Assembly: GCA_905214245.1 (NCBI GenBank)
Contig: CAJMLO010000001.1
Coordinates: forward strand, 14,427 to 78,426
Origin: an uncultured bacterium
Lineage (GTDB): Bacteria > Bacillota > Clostridia > TANB77 > CAG-508
Reading direction: 5' to 3'
DNA: 64,000 nucleotides
How positions within the stretch are numbered: position 1 is the first letter of the stretch; every line of letters starts with the position of its first letter. Below the pieces are notes generated by a model that worked only from the letters and a program-made list of their open reading frames with translations, searched no databases and was not told the origin of the DNA. Position numbers and translations under genes: made by a program. Positions 49,561 through 60,398 of the stretch are shown piece after piece.

Positions 49561-50316
49561 CTATTCAATTATATCTACCACATTATCTGAGGTTAATCCT
49601 TTTAAATTATAGTAGGTATCTGGAATATTTCCTACAATTACGCCTTCTGATAGCAAAATCTGATTTGTAATAACCTCTGTTATACTATTTATAGGTGTAA
49701 GAATTGAAACATTACATTTTACTTCAAGATATATCCTGTGGAGTGTTTGGTTAATTCCAGCTTCTTTAAATTCAGATTTCAAATCTGTTTCTATATCTCC
49801 AATAACAGACATTTTTATTTCCACTTTAGGTCCTCTTCCAGCTAAGATTCTGCTACCTGTAAATGTTCCAAGTCTAATATAAAATTTGCTATTTTCTACC
49901 TTTTCAAGTTCGTTTTGTATAAGAAGAGGAATATCTGATATGATTTTGTTAATTGTAATTGTATTTGCACTTATTAGTTTTATATTTCCATCTACTGTTT
50001 TATCAATATTTACAAAATCATCATACTTGTAATTCTTCATTACATTTGTTGCTTGCTCATTTGAAACTTTTGTTGCAATTGATTTTGCCATAGAACTGCA
50101 TTGTAAATCAATTATTGGCTCTACCGTTTTTATAACATAGTCAACTACCATAAATGCAATTAAAAGAACTACTACAATTTTTACAAATTTTCTTGTTTTA
50201 CCATTATTAAACCTATTTAAAATCATATTTTCTTTTTCTATTTTAGGAAACTTAATTCTATTTCTACTATATATTTTTTCTATTGTTTTTTCTTTATTAA
50301 AAATTCTTCTATCCAT
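49561..50316 (-). CDS. yunB: sporulation protein YunB
   Basis: 251 aa with one TM segment followed by a YunB-family domain (KFYIRLGTFTGSRILAGRGPKVEIKMSVIGDIETDL). Confidence 0.7.
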   Translation of the reverse strand: MDRRIFNKEKTIEKIYSRNRIKFPKIEKENMILNRFNNGKTRKFVKIVVVLLIAFMVVDYVIKTVEPIIDLQCSSMAKSIATKVSNEQATNVMKNYKYDDFVNIDKTVDGNIKLISANTITINKIISDIPLLIQNELEKVENSKFYIRLGTFTGSRILAGRGPKVEIKMSVIGDIETDLKSEFKEAGINQTLHRIYLEVKCNVSILTPINSITEVITNQILLSEGVIVGNIPDTYYNLKGLTSDNVVDIIE

Positions 50317-51838
50317 GATATCTAGGAATAAATAACTGCTGGCCTACTTCAAGTTTATTTTCATCTTCTACTGAATTAACCATCACTATCCTTTCAACAG
50401 TACTTCCAAATTTTTTTGCTATTTTCCACAAACTATCCCCTGATTTTACAAAGTAAATTACCATGCTATATGTTTTTATTTGTCTCGTTTCATCTTCTTT
50501 TATATCATCTATTATGTTTATATCTGCATTCTTTGATGAACTTGCTGTAAATTGTAAATCAATTTTTATATCTACACTGCTATCACTTGTCACAACAAAA
50601 TCTTGATTTGAAATTTCTATCATTGTTTCTATGTTTGAAGAAGCATTTATGCCTGCAAAATCCATAGTGTGTGTAAATGGTATTGTTATCATTTTTGTAT
50701 CAATTAATTTTGCTGTACTTGAAGCATATATAAAGTTTAACTTAAGCTCTCCTTCATACATTATTCTATTATTTTGCACTTTTTGGTTAGTTATATCTAC
50801 ATTAATTCCAACATCATATATTTTATTTCCTTGAATTTCTGGAATTGCCTGTGTTTCTCTTATATTACAGGTACTTTCACTCTTTTCTTTGGCACCCATT
50901 ACTTTTATCTGCTTTTGTGTAAATACAAGCTGTCTACTTGGGCTATATAAATCTTGAATTAATGTAATTTCTTGATTTTTATATACACTACACATTATTC
51001 CAATTTCTACTTCTACATATATTGAATGTTCTTCTACACTATTTGGCTTTATTATCATATTTTTTATCTCATATTTTACACTACATATATTTTCTTCTGT
51101 AATATCAGGTATATCTATAAATCCCATTACAGGAATTGTGTTTTCTATTGAATTTATTCTATTATCTTCTGTAAGATATAGAATTCTTACACTTAAATCT
51201 GATTTTGCTAAAACTTTGTTGTAGCTTATTTTTGTGTCTTTATTAATTATTTTTGCATCCACTTTCATTATCTCTGCGATGTTATCTATATTGTCTATTG
51301 TAAATGTATCTTTTGCATATACCTTTGTTGTACCACTTCCTATCATAGAATTTATATTTAAGCTTTTGCTTAATGTTTGAACATCAGTTACATTTACACT
51401 ATTTACAATGTCAACATTTTCATTTAAGCTAATCCTTGCATCTATATCAAGAATCGCTCTCAGACTTATTTTTCTTCCATTTACAACTCTGCACTCAATA
51501 TTTTTTAATGAAATATTTGTATCAAGTTGCATATCAGCTTTTGCTTTTGGCATATCAATTGTTTGGCTAAAATCCAAATTACTACTCATGCTTCTCACAC
51601 TTGAATTTTCATCATCAGCCAAATACATGATATATGTTTCTATACTTCCGTCTATTCTAATTCTTCCATCTAATATTTCTTTTTTATATATGCAAACTGT
51701 ACCACTTGTACTAATTGCACTTAGTATATCTGGCTTAACATCTGGAATAATGCTATCGGCTTCTATTATTGCACTCTCATTTTTTTGATCAATTATTTTA
51801 CTAATACATACACTATCCTTAACCGTTTCTACAGCCAT
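50309..51838 (-). CDS. sporulation-associated protein with repeated beta domains and a C-terminal LysM (SipL/SpoVID-like)
   Basis: The C-terminal LysM is YSMVIYFVKSGDSLWKIAKKFGSTVERIVMVNSV. Its size (509 aa) and position upstream of yunB suggest a SipL-like coat morphogenetic protein. Confidence 0.45.
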   Translation of the reverse strand: MAVETVKDSVCISKIIDQKNESAIIEADSIIPDVKPDILSAISTSGTVCIYKKEILDGRIRIDGSIETYIMYLADDENSSVRSMSSNLDFSQTIDMPKAKADMQLDTNISLKNIECRVVNGRKISLRAILDIDARISLNENVDIVNSVNVTDVQTLSKSLNINSMIGSGTTKVYAKDTFTIDNIDNIAEIMKVDAKIINKDTKISYNKVLAKSDLSVRILYLTEDNRINSIENTIPVMGFIDIPDITEENICSVKYEIKNMIIKPNSVEEHSIYVEVEIGIMCSVYKNQEITLIQDLYSPSRQLVFTQKQIKVMGAKEKSESTCNIRETQAIPEIQGNKIYDVGINVDITNQKVQNNRIMYEGELKLNFIYASSTAKLIDTKMITIPFTHTMDFAGINASSNIETMIEISNQDFVVTSDSSVDIKIDLQFTASSSKNADINIIDDIKEDETRQIKTYSMVIYFVKSGDSLWKIAKKFGSTVERIVMVNSVEDENKLEVGQQLFIPRYHG

Positions 51839-51919
51839 GGTAATCCCTCCTTCTAATTCTGATTATTAATGTATATGTAGTCCATAAAAAAAAATTCCTA
51901 TTTCTAGGAATTTTGTATT

Positions 51920-52189
51920 TTAAACTCTATGTTTTTTGTTATCTTGCAATGGTGGAATAATTGGGCTATACCCTTCTCCATCAAATACATCTACTTCAAC
52001 AGCTCTTGTTAATACATCTGTGTAACTATAAGTAACGTTTCCTTCTTCTTCCTCATATTTTATAACAAAAATATTCGGATATGCTTTTTCTAATGTTGCC
52101 TCTCTCTCAAACGATTTGCATCGTCCAATTGTTCCTTTTACTATTATCTTTTGTCCAATTTTTTCGTTAAGGTCTGTTTTTAAGCTCAT
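51920..52189 (-). CDS. veg: Veg (DUF1021) protein
   Basis: ...KIIVKGTIGRCKSFEREATLEKAYPNIFVIKYEEEEGNVTYSYTDVLTRAVEV matches the Veg family. It is adjacent to yabG, as in Bacillus. Confidence 0.75.
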   Translation of the reverse strand: MSLKTDLNEKIGQKIIVKGTIGRCKSFEREATLEKAYPNIFVIKYEEEEGNVTYSYTDVLTRAVEVDVFDGEGYSPIIPPLQDNKKHRV

Positions 52190-52314
52190 TATATCATTTG
52201 GGCAAATCATTATTGTATCACCTACTTTTCTATGTTGTACCTATTATATCACAATTACTTTACATTTTTGTTACATTATTATTACAATTACATTACATTT
52301 CGACATAATGTGTT

Positions 52315-53151
52315 TCAAATTTCTAAAATTTGCTTTTTTCCTCTTGCTCCTATTCCATTTACTCCTCTTTGCCCATCTCTAAGTTCATCTTCAATATCTT
52401 GTATTGTTATATATTTTGTATAATCTGTAGTTGCAACACGTTCTGCTACAATTAATGGATCTATAAAATCTATCAAAATTCTTGCAGGTGATGAAGCAAA
52501 ATTTGCCCCTGCCTGAATTAATTCTTCATAATAACTTTGGCAAGCACCTGCAAATATAACTAAATTTGGTTTACTTGCTCTCGTATTTCTTGCCATTTTT
52601 ACAGATTGTATAAAATATTTTGAATTTCGATAATTATATATATCATAATATCCTGTTCCACCTTTTATCATTCCATCATGACCTGTTATTACTAAAATAT
52701 CAGGCTTGTATCTTTCAATTAATCCAGATACAACAGCTGGTTGTCTACTTTCTGTAACACTTCGTACTACTGCCCTTAATCCCATTTTTTTATAGAACAA
52801 ACTTGACTTTTCTGCATATCTTTTGTCTCCATCCAAATGTAATATTTTGCCCGTATATACTATTTTGTTGCTTCTTTTGAGATACTCCTGTTTAGATTCA
52901 TCTTGTCCTTTTACACACTTATTTATTGTTTGAATAAATCTTTTCTCAATTTTTTTTTGTGACTCCTGCAGTGTTTTTTTATCAATAATTTCTAGGTCAT
53001 CTAAAAAACTATCTGCTTGAATACGAATATTTAAGCCTTTTAAAATTGCTATAGATTTAGAATTTGTTTGATTTATAATTCTTTCTACTACAAATAAAAT
53101 GTCTTTTCCATAAGATTTTCTACCAACAATATCCCCTTTTTTTATCTTCAT
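52315..53151 (-). CDS. yabG: sporulation-specific peptidase YabG
   Basis: MKIKKGDIVGRKSYGKDILFV... plus the downstream HDGM/GAC region typical of YabG. Confidence 0.75.
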   Translation of the reverse strand: MKIKKGDIVGRKSYGKDILFVVERIINQTNSKSIAILKGLNIRIQADSFLDDLEIIDKKTLQESQKKIEKRFIQTINKCVKGQDESKQEYLKRSNKIVYTGKILHLDGDKRYAEKSSLFYKKMGLRAVVRSVTESRQPAVVSGLIERYKPDILVITGHDGMIKGGTGYYDIYNYRNSKYFIQSVKMARNTRASKPNLVIFAGACQSYYEELIQAGANFASSPARILIDFIDPLIVAERVATTDYTKYITIQDIEDELRDGQRGVNGIGARGKKQILEI

Positions 53152-53307
53152 AGTACCACCTCTTTTACTAAAATACAAAACATTTCATTACTTACATTTT
53201 ATGTCGCATTTTGTAAAAATGTGCTTTTATGTTCTAAGAAGAATTTTTACAGAATACAATGTAGCAAACATTGCAAACTTAAGGGGGAGGTTTTATCATT
53301 GGGAAAA

Positions 53308-53571
53308 ATGTACATAGAAGAACGTGCAGTAAATTTAGCACATTATATTATAGATAGTAAAGATACAGTAAGAGGAGCTGCAAAAAAGTTTGGAGTTAGC
53401 AAAAGTACAGTACATAAAGATGTTTCAGAAAGGTTACTTAAAATAAATCCTGTTCTTGCATCCGAAGTAAGAACAATTTTAAATGAAAATAAAGCAGAAC
53501 GTCATATAAGAGGCCGGCCTTGCAACAAAATTAAAGTATCATCATTGAAAAAAGTTTTAGACTTTCAATAG
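53308..53571 (+). CDS. spoIIID: sporulation transcriptional regulator SpoIIID
   Basis: MYIEERAVNLAHYIIDSKDTVRGAAKKFGVSKSTVHKDVSERLLKINPVLASEVRTILNENKAERHIRG is near-collinear with SpoIIID. A GGGGGAGG RBS lies upstream. Confidence 0.85.
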   Translation: MYIEERAVNLAHYIIDSKDTVRGAAKKFGVSKSTVHKDVSERLLKINPVLASEVRTILNENKAERHIRGRPCNKIKVSSLKKVLDFQ

Positions 53572-53588
53572 TCTAAAACTTTTTTTAT

Positions 53589-53747
53589 CTATGCATTATT
53601 TCTTCTTTGTGCTTTTCTTGCTTTTCTGCATTCTGGACATCTTTGTGGTTCATTTGTAAATCCTTTTTCAGCATAAAATGCTTGTTCACCTGCTGTAAAA
53701 GTGAACTCTGCTCCACAATCTTTACATACTAATGTTTTATCTTCCAT
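53589..53747 (-). CDS. 52-aa zinc-ribbon protein (CxxC...CxxC); below the ORF-track length cutoff
   Basis: Minus-strand MEDKTLVCKDCGAEFTFTAGEQAFYAEKGFTNEPQRCPECRKARKAQRRNNA with a GGAGG RBS 9 nt upstream. Confidence 0.5.
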   Translation of the reverse strand: MEDKTLVCKDCGAEFTFTAGEQAFYAEKGFTNEPQRCPECRKARKAQRRNNA

Positions 53748-53960
53748 TGTAGATTACCTCCTTTTAATTTTTGATTTTAATTTTTCTTGACACATTGTCT
53801 TTTATACTTTTTAAGGAAAAAAGGAAATAGTCTACAAAATAATTAAATTCATTTAAACTTTTTTTCAAAGTCTACTAAATTATATCACAACATATTCACT
53901 TGTCAATATATAAAATTCTAAAATTTACCATTTAAAGTCATTAGATAACAGTTTTAAAGT

Positions 53961-54092
53961 CATAAGTGGTATAATATTTCAAGGAAACGCGCAGCGACCA
54001 AACGAACGTTAGTGAGTGCGATTCGAGCAGCCTTCAATCCTTTGGGATTGGCTGCGAACAGCAAGTTTCTAAGAAATATTATATCACTTATG
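53961..54092. repeat. GC-rich structured repeat with AT-rich terminal inverted repeats, copy B (inverted relative to copy A)
   Basis: cataagtggtataatatttc then a GC-rich core then gcaagtttctaagaaatattatatcacttatg. The core is about 85% identical to the reverse complement of 33874..33955, with a compensatory change in the inner hairpin (caatcAAAATTgattg versus caatcCTTTGGgattg). Confidence 0.7.
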
Positions 54093-54118
54093 CTAGTATA
54101 AATCTTAAAACTATTATC

Positions 54119-55447
54119 CTAGTACCCAATTTTTTTAGCAATTAAATCATATTCTTTTACATCTGTTATTGTGCATTTTACAAAGCTTCCTATTTGTATT
54201 TCCTCATCACTTTCTATATACACAACTCCATCTATTTCCGGAACATCCATATAGCTTCTTCCTATATATGTTTTTCCATCAAAAGATTTATCCTCTACAA
54301 GAACTTCTACTTCTTTTCCAATTTTATTTTTCAAATTTTGTTTTGATATTTTTTGTTGCAAACTCATAATTTTATTCAATCTGCTCTTTTTGGTCATAGG
54401 ATGAATTTGTTCTTTTAGTCTTGAAGCAGGTGTTCCATCTTCTTTTGAATATGCGAAACAACCTAATTTATCAAATTTAGCCTCTTGTAAAAATTCATAT
54501 AATTCTTCAAAATCCGCTTCTGACTCTCCAGGAAATCCTACCATAACAGTTGTACGAATAATTACTTCTGGAATTTCCTGTCTTAATTTTTTTATAAGAT
54601 TTCGTATACTTTCTCCATTACTTTGTCTGTTCATTCTTTTAAGTACAGAATCAGATATATGTTGAATTGGTATATCAAAGTATTTACATACCTTATCATT
54701 ACTTTTTACAACTTGTATAAGTTCATCATTTATTGTTTCAGGATATGCATATAAAAATCTAATCCATTTTATTTCTTTAATTTTGCTTATTTCTTCTATA
54801 AGCTTTGCAAGTCTTGGCCTTCCATATATATCAATTCCATATTTTGTAGTATCTTGAGCAGTTAAAATTATCTCATGATATCCTTCTTCTGCAAGTTTTT
54901 TAGCCTCCTCTATTATGTCTTCCATTTTTCTACTCATTTGAGGACCACGTATATATGGAATTGCACAATATGTACATCTATTACTACAGCCATCCGCAAT
55001 TTTCAAATATGCAAAGTTATCTCCTGTAGTAAGCACTCTATCCATCAAGTTCAAAAATTCTCTGTTTGATGGATTATCTGTATCTTCTATATCCTCATTT
55101 TCAAGCATTTTCTTTACTTTATCCCATAGACTATCATATTCGCTATATTTAATCCACAAATCAACCTCTGGTATCTCTTTTGCAAGTTCATCCCTATATC
55201 TTTCTACCAAACATCCCATTGCAATTAAAAATTTACATTTATCTTTTTTGTATTCAGCCATCTCTAAAATTGTATTTATTGCCTCTTCTTTTGCAGACTC
55301 TATAAATCCACACGTATTAATTACAATAATATCCGCATTTTCTGGCTTATTTACTATTTCAAAACCTTCTTCATTAAATATTGCTATTGTTTTTTCTGTA
55401 TCTACTAAATTTTTGTTACATCCTAGTGATATAAATCCTACTTTCAT
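54119..55447 (-). CDS. rimO: ribosomal protein S12 methylthiotransferase RimO
   Basis: N-terminus MKVGFISLGCNKNLVDTE is the RimO-type MTTase start. Radical SAM motif CSNRCTYCAIP and a C-terminal TRAM domain. Confidence 0.85.
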   Translation of the reverse strand: MKVGFISLGCNKNLVDTEKTIAIFNEEGFEIVNKPENADIIVINTCGFIESAKEEAINTILEMAEYKKDKCKFLIAMGCLVERYRDELAKEIPEVDLWIKYSEYDSLWDKVKKMLENEDIEDTDNPSNREFLNLMDRVLTTGDNFAYLKIADGCSNRCTYCAIPYIRGPQMSRKMEDIIEEAKKLAEEGYHEIILTAQDTTKYGIDIYGRPRLAKLIEEISKIKEIKWIRFLYAYPETINDELIQVVKSNDKVCKYFDIPIQHISDSVLKRMNRQSNGESIRNLIKKLRQEIPEVIIRTTVMVGFPGESEADFEELYEFLQEAKFDKLGCFAYSKEDGTPASRLKEQIHPMTKKSRLNKIMSLQQKISKQNLKNKIGKEVEVLVEDKSFDGKTYIGRSYMDVPEIDGVVYIESDEEIQIGSFVKCTITDVKEYDLIAKKIGY

Positions 55448-55464
55448 TATATATATCCTTTCAA

Positions 55465-56727
55465 TTATTTTAGCCCATTACTTGAATTTGCTAATTTTTT
55501 CAACCCTTGTATTAATTTATCATATGTCGATCTATCAATTCCGTATGGATTCCCTGATGTGTAGTTGTTTGCTGCACTTTTCATATCAATTAATTCATAT
55601 CGATTTTGTGCATCTTTTCCTCTGTCCAAAACATATATTGGTGTATAGTCAACTTTGTATAGTGATATACTTCCATCTTTTCCGTCTTTTCTAAGCTCTA
55701 TGTTTAGCACAAGCTCTGTCTTTGCATTTTCATCGTAAAGTGTAGAAATATACGTTCCAATAGAATATGCAATAAATACATTTTTACCATCTTTATTTTT
55801 CCTTACTTCCATTGGTTGAACAACTGATGGATGAGCTCCAAGTATCATATCTACTCCATTTTCAACCATAAAATCTGCCATTTTCTTTTGCTCATCTGTT
55901 ACTTTATCTGATATTGCATCTCCCCAGTGTATCATTACACAAATATACTTTGCTCCTTGTTTTTTTGCATATTTAATATCACTTTTTACTTGATTTTCAC
56001 TATACATATTAACAAGTTTCAAATCATCTTTTGATTTACTTGATTGATAATTTACACCATATGTATATGTTAAAAATGCAATTTTTGTGTTCTTTACTGT
56101 TTTTATTAATACAGCATTTTCATCATCAATTTTATCTCCAACAGTATTGTATCCAAGTTCCTTTAGTAACTTTTTAGTGTCTCTTAGCCCTGTACTGCCA
56201 TAGTCTAAACTATGGTTATGAGAAATTGTTACAACATTTATTCCAGAATTTTTTATAGCCTGTGCAAATTCTTTTGGTGTATTTTCACTTGTATATTTTC
56301 CAGATGTAAAATTGGTTTCCATTGTTCCCATTACAATATCTGCATTATCAATAAATCCAGAAACACCAGCAAACATATGTGAAAAATTATATGTATTTGT
56401 TTCAGCATTATATGCATCTTCAATCATAGATTCACTACAAAGAATATCTCCAACGGCAGACATTTTAATTATTTCATCTGCTTCTGATATATTTTGATTT
56501 GTTTGACTTATGTTATTTTCTAGTTCTGCAAATATTTGCTCTGATTGTTTAGAAAGCTCATCCTTCTGTCTTGCGAGCAATTGTTTATCTTCATAATTTT
56601 TGCAGGCATGTATTCCAAGTTCAATCACAATAATAACAAGCAACACTCCAACTATTGTCAAAAAAGTTTTCATATTCAAATATTCTTTTATTGGCCTTCT
56701 TCTTGTACTTCTTCTATTTCTTGCCAT
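55465..56727 (-). CDS. CapA/PGA_cap-family metallophosphoesterase, membrane-anchored
   Basis: N-terminal TM segment, then VGDIL...GTMETNF...HNHSLDYG...HWG...GAHPSVVQP motifs of the CapA family. Confidence 0.65.
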   Translation of the reverse strand: MARNRRSTRRRPIKEYLNMKTFLTIVGVLLVIIVIELGIHACKNYEDKQLLARQKDELSKQSEQIFAELENNISQTNQNISEADEIIKMSAVGDILCSESMIEDAYNAETNTYNFSHMFAGVSGFIDNADIVMGTMETNFTSGKYTSENTPKEFAQAIKNSGINVVTISHNHSLDYGSTGLRDTKKLLKELGYNTVGDKIDDENAVLIKTVKNTKIAFLTYTYGVNYQSSKSKDDLKLVNMYSENQVKSDIKYAKKQGAKYICVMIHWGDAISDKVTDEQKKMADFMVENGVDMILGAHPSVVQPMEVRKNKDGKNVFIAYSIGTYISTLYDENAKTELVLNIELRKDGKDGSISLYKVDYTPIYVLDRGKDAQNRYELIDMKSAANNYTSGNPYGIDRSTYDKLIQGLKKLANSSNGLK

Positions 56728-56912
56728 TTTCGCTTTCCCTTCTTTTGATTAAATTAACATATATATTTTACCAATACTAGACATAAAAGTCAATGCTAGA
56801 AAAAGTCATAATTTTCCTTATGATTTGTATTGCAATTAAGTCTTTTATAGTATAAAATATGGTAATAGAAATGTATTTACACGATAGCAAATGAAAGGAC
56901 TGATAGTCTATT

Positions 56913-58637
56913 ATGAAAAAAGATAAAAGAAAACTTTATGATAGTGAAAAAATGGCTGATTTTCGTCAGTTAGTAAATAGATATAAAACATTATATGCAG
57001 ATAAAACTGCATTTGAATTTAAAGAAAATCCTCATGCAAAAAAACACATAAAAATATCATATAAGCAATTTGTAGAAGATATTGAATCTCTTGGAACAGC
57101 TCTTCTAAGTCTAAATTTACATAGTGCAAGAATTGGAATTATTGCTCCAAATCGTTATGAATGGTGTGTTTCTTATCTCGCAGTTACCACATCAGATATG
57201 GTAGTTGTACCACTTGATAAATCTCTTCCAAATAACGAAATCGAAGATTTGGTTAAGAGAAGCAAAATTGATGCAATTATTTTTGATAAAAAATACTCAG
57301 AAATATTTAGCAAAATTCAAAAAGAACAATCTTCAGATTTAAAACATTTTATTTGTATGGATGAAAATACTGATTTTACTTCATACTCACATTTACTTAA
57401 TCAAGGGAAATCTCTTATAACAAATGGAGATACTTCATACAAAAATATAGAAATAGATAATAAAAAAATGTCAATTATGCTATTTACTTCAGGTACAACT
57501 TCTATTTCTAAAGCAGTAGCTCTTTCTCAATCAAATATATGTGAAGATATATATGCGCTATCTCAAATGACAGATATAAGAAAAGAAGATGTTTTTCTCT
57601 CATTTTTGCCTCTTCACCATACATTTGAGTCAACTTGTACATTTTTGTATGGAACATCTTGTGGAATTACAGTTGCATTTTGTGATGGCTTAAAATACGT
57701 ACAAAAAAATCTATCAGAATTTCATATAACTGGATTTGTTTGTGTTCCATTAATGCTAGAAATAATGTATAAAAAGATGAAAAAAGCTATAGATGAGCAA
57801 GGTAAAACAAAACTTGTTGCTACAATGTCTAAAGTTTGCAACTTTTTATTAAAATTTAAAATTGATATAAGAAGAAAAGTATTTAAGCAAATACTAAATA
57901 GTCTTGGTGGCAAGTTAAGAGTTCTTATTGCAGGTGGTGCTGCAATGAGCAAAGATGCAATTCAAGGATTTTTAGATTTAGGAATTAATTTGCTACAAGG
58001 TTATGGTTTGACAGAAACCTCTCCTGTTTTAGCGGGTGAAAATGATAAATACAAACGTGCAGGTTCTGTTGGTTTCCCTCTTCCTGGGTTAGATGTAAAA
58101 ATTGCAGATGCAAATAGAGATGGTATTGGAGAAATACTTGCTCACGGTCCTACAGTAATGATTGGATATGTTGACAATCAAGAAGCAACAGATGAAGTTT
58201 TAAAAGACGGATGGTTTCACACAGGTGATTTAGGATATTTTGATAAGGATGGATTTTTATTCATAACTGGCAGAAAAAAAGATGTTATTGTTTTAAAAAA
58301 TGGAAAAAATATTTTTCCAGAGGAACTTGAAATTCTAATAAATAAATTGCCATATGTTTCAGAATCAATTGTATTTGGAAAGCCTTGTGATGATGGAGAT
58401 TACAAAATATGTGCTAAAATCGTGTATAATATAGACGAACTAAAAAAATCTTTTCCTGATGCTAGTGAAAGTGATTATAAAAGTTTAATATGGAATGACA
58501 TTAAAGACAAAGTAAATCATACTATGCCTGCATACAAGTATATTAGAGAAATTATTATTACAGATATTCCATTAATTAAAACAACTACACAAAAAGTAAA
58601 ACGTCATGAAGAAATAAAGAAAATATTAAACTCATAA
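56913..58637 (+). CDS. AMP-dependent acyl-CoA synthetase/ligase (long-chain fatty acid-CoA ligase-like)
   Basis: AMP-binding signature LFTSGTTSISK, the GYGLTET motif and a C-terminal ...GKIQR-like K (TQKVKRHE). Confidence 0.8.
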   Translation: MKKDKRKLYDSEKMADFRQLVNRYKTLYADKTAFEFKENPHAKKHIKISYKQFVEDIESLGTALLSLNLHSARIGIIAPNRYEWCVSYLAVTTSDMVVVPLDKSLPNNEIEDLVKRSKIDAIIFDKKYSEIFSKIQKEQSSDLKHFICMDENTDFTSYSHLLNQGKSLITNGDTSYKNIEIDNKKMSIMLFTSGTTSISKAVALSQSNICEDIYALSQMTDIRKEDVFLSFLPLHHTFESTCTFLYGTSCGITVAFCDGLKYVQKNLSEFHITGFVCVPLMLEIMYKKMKKAIDEQGKTKLVATMSKVCNFLLKFKIDIRRKVFKQILNSLGGKLRVLIAGGAAMSKDAIQGFLDLGINLLQGYGLTETSPVLAGENDKYKRAGSVGFPLPGLDVKIADANRDGIGEILAHGPTVMIGYVDNQEATDEVLKDGWFHTGDLGYFDKDGFLFITGRKKDVIVLKNGKNIFPEELEILINKLPYVSESIVFGKPCDDGDYKICAKIVYNIDELKKSFPDASESDYKSLIWNDIKDKVNHTMPAYKYIREIIITDIPLIKTTTQKVKRHEEIKKILNS

Positions 58638-58762
58638 TTCTTTACTTTTTCTTAGTGAATAAGAACAGAGCGACTTTATGTCACCATTTTTCCAAAGCAG
58701 ATTTGAGTTTCCGACTAAAAGGATAAAATCTCAAAGGCAATAGCGATCATAGCATTTCTACA

Positions 58763-58834
58763 TACAAGGAAATGAGAAATTTCCTTGTATTAAAAAATAG
58801 GTACATCTCAAAAATGAAATGTACCTATTTTTTA
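58763..58834. terminator. tandem hairpins (11-bp and 10-bp perfect stems) forming a bidirectional terminator
   Basis: tacaaggaaat/atttccttgta with loop gag, then ataggtacat/atgtacctat, followed by a T-run. It lies between the convergent acyl-CoA ligase gene and the small membrane gene. Confidence 0.5.
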
Positions 58835-59080
58835 ATAACATTTATCTTGTCTTGCGATTAAACAACATATTGTTAGAATTATTTGTATAATTAATAATAG
58901 TACTAAAATTACGAGTATTGCTATAAATGCTCCTAGTCCAAGTATTGTGAATATATCTGTTAAAGCTCCTACAAAAATGCCTACTACAAATGTGATTAAT
59001 GCAATAATTAATGCCACAACTGGCTTAGAGCAAACACCTCTGCCTTTACAATAGCAATCATTATTATACATATTTACCAC
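58832..59080 (-). CDS. small Cys-rich membrane protein (82 aa)
   Basis: N-terminal CYCKGRGVC, two TM helices and a C-terminal TICCLIARQDKCY. No family is recognised. Confidence 0.4.
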   Translation of the reverse strand: MVNMYNNDCYCKGRGVCSKPVVALIIALITFVVGIFVGALTDIFTILGLGAFIAILVILVLLLIIQIILTICCLIARQDKCY

Positions 59081-59234
59081 CCCCTGATAGTATCACTAGA
59101 TACTATTAATATATAATATGAAAAAAGATGTAAAATTCTACAAAATTTTACATCTTTTTTAGAAAATTCCTAGCAGTTAATTTTTCACTATTCTTGATGA
59201 TACTTTTTGAGTTCTTCTAAAAAAATACCACTTT

Positions 59235-60398
59235 TTATCCGAATATTCCTTTTTTCTTTACAGGTGGTTGTTCATTCATTGTTTTTGCAAGCTCAAGCAA
59301 TATGTCTCTTTGCTCTTTTGATAATCTTTTTGGTATTTGAACAGAAACTGTAAATACAAAATTTCCTTGGAAATTACTATTTATATTTTTAAATCCTTTT
59401 CCTCTAATTGTAAACTTAGTACCATTTTGAGTTCCTTCTGGTATACGGTATGTTTCTTTTGTACCATCTACCATTGGAATTACAAGGTCTGCGCCAAGTG
59501 TTGCCTGTGTAAATGTAATAGGAATCTCACATAATACATCTTGACCTTTTCTTGTATAAATATTGTGGCGTTTTAGATGAATTGTTATGTATAAATCACC
59601 CTTATCTCCACCTTTTTCACCTGGTTCTCCCTCTCCTCTTAATACTATTGTCTGATTTTCATCAATTCCAGCTGGAATCTTTACAGATATACGAACCTGT
59701 CTTTTTACTTTTCCTTTTCCTTTACAATCTACGCAAGGCTCAGGTATTACTTCTCCAGTTCCATGGCAGTTTGTACAAGTTCTTACAGTTTGCATTTGAC
59801 CAAGTATTGTTGTTTGCATTTGTTTAATTTGGCCAGTGCCTCCACAAACTGTACATTTTGTCTTCTTTGTTCCAGGTTTTGCACCCTCGCCATGACAAGT
59901 AGAACAAGTTTCATTTCTTGTTATATTAACATATCTTTCTGTTCCTAAAAATGCTTCTTCAAAACTAATTTCTAAGTCATATCTTAAATCAGCACCTTTT
60001 TTAGGTCCATTACTAGCCTGTCTTGAACTTCTTCCTCCAGAAAATCCTCCTCCAAAAAACGAAGAGAAAATATCTCCTAAATCTCCAAAATCATTGAATC
60101 CATCAAATCCAGATGATGTATATGAATAATATCCATTTTGACCTCCAAATGGTCCTCCTGCTCCACCAAATCCTTGTGGATCAGCTGTTCCAAATTGATC
60201 ATACATTCTTCTTTTTTCTGGGTTTGATAATGTTTCATAGGCTTCATTTACTTCTTTAAATTTAGCTTCTGCTTCTTTTTTATTATCTGGATTAGCATCA
60301 GGATGATATTTTTTTGCAAGTTTACGATATGCTTTTTTTAGTTCGTCATCTGTAGCACTCTTGTCTACACCAAGTATTTCATAATAATCTTTATTAGC
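59235..60398 (-). CDS. dnaJ: molecular chaperone DnaJ
   Basis: J-domain (DYYEILGV...HPD), a G/F-rich region, four CxxCxGxG zinc-finger repeats and a C-terminal domain. The start is at [12 protein letters not shown]. Confidence 0.95.
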   Translation of the reverse strand, partial: ANKDYYEILGVDKSATDDELKKAYRKLAKKYHPDANPDNKKEAEAKFKEVNEAYETLSNPEKRRMYDQFGTADPQGFGGAGGPFGGQNGYYSYTSSGFDGFNDFGDLGDIFSSFFGGGFSGGRSSRQASNGPKKGADLRYDLEISFEEAFLGTERYVNITRNETCSTCHGEGAKPGTKKTKCTVCGGTGQIKQMQTTILGQMQTVRTCTNCHGTGEVIPEPCVDCKGKGKVKRQVRISVKIPAGIDENQTIVLRGEGEPGEKGGDKGDLYITIHLKRHNIYTRKGQDVLCEIPITFTQATLGADLVIPMVDGTKETYRIPEGTQNGTKFTIRGKGFKNINSNFQGNFVFTVSVQIPKRLSKEQRDILLELAKTMNEQPPVKKKGIFG

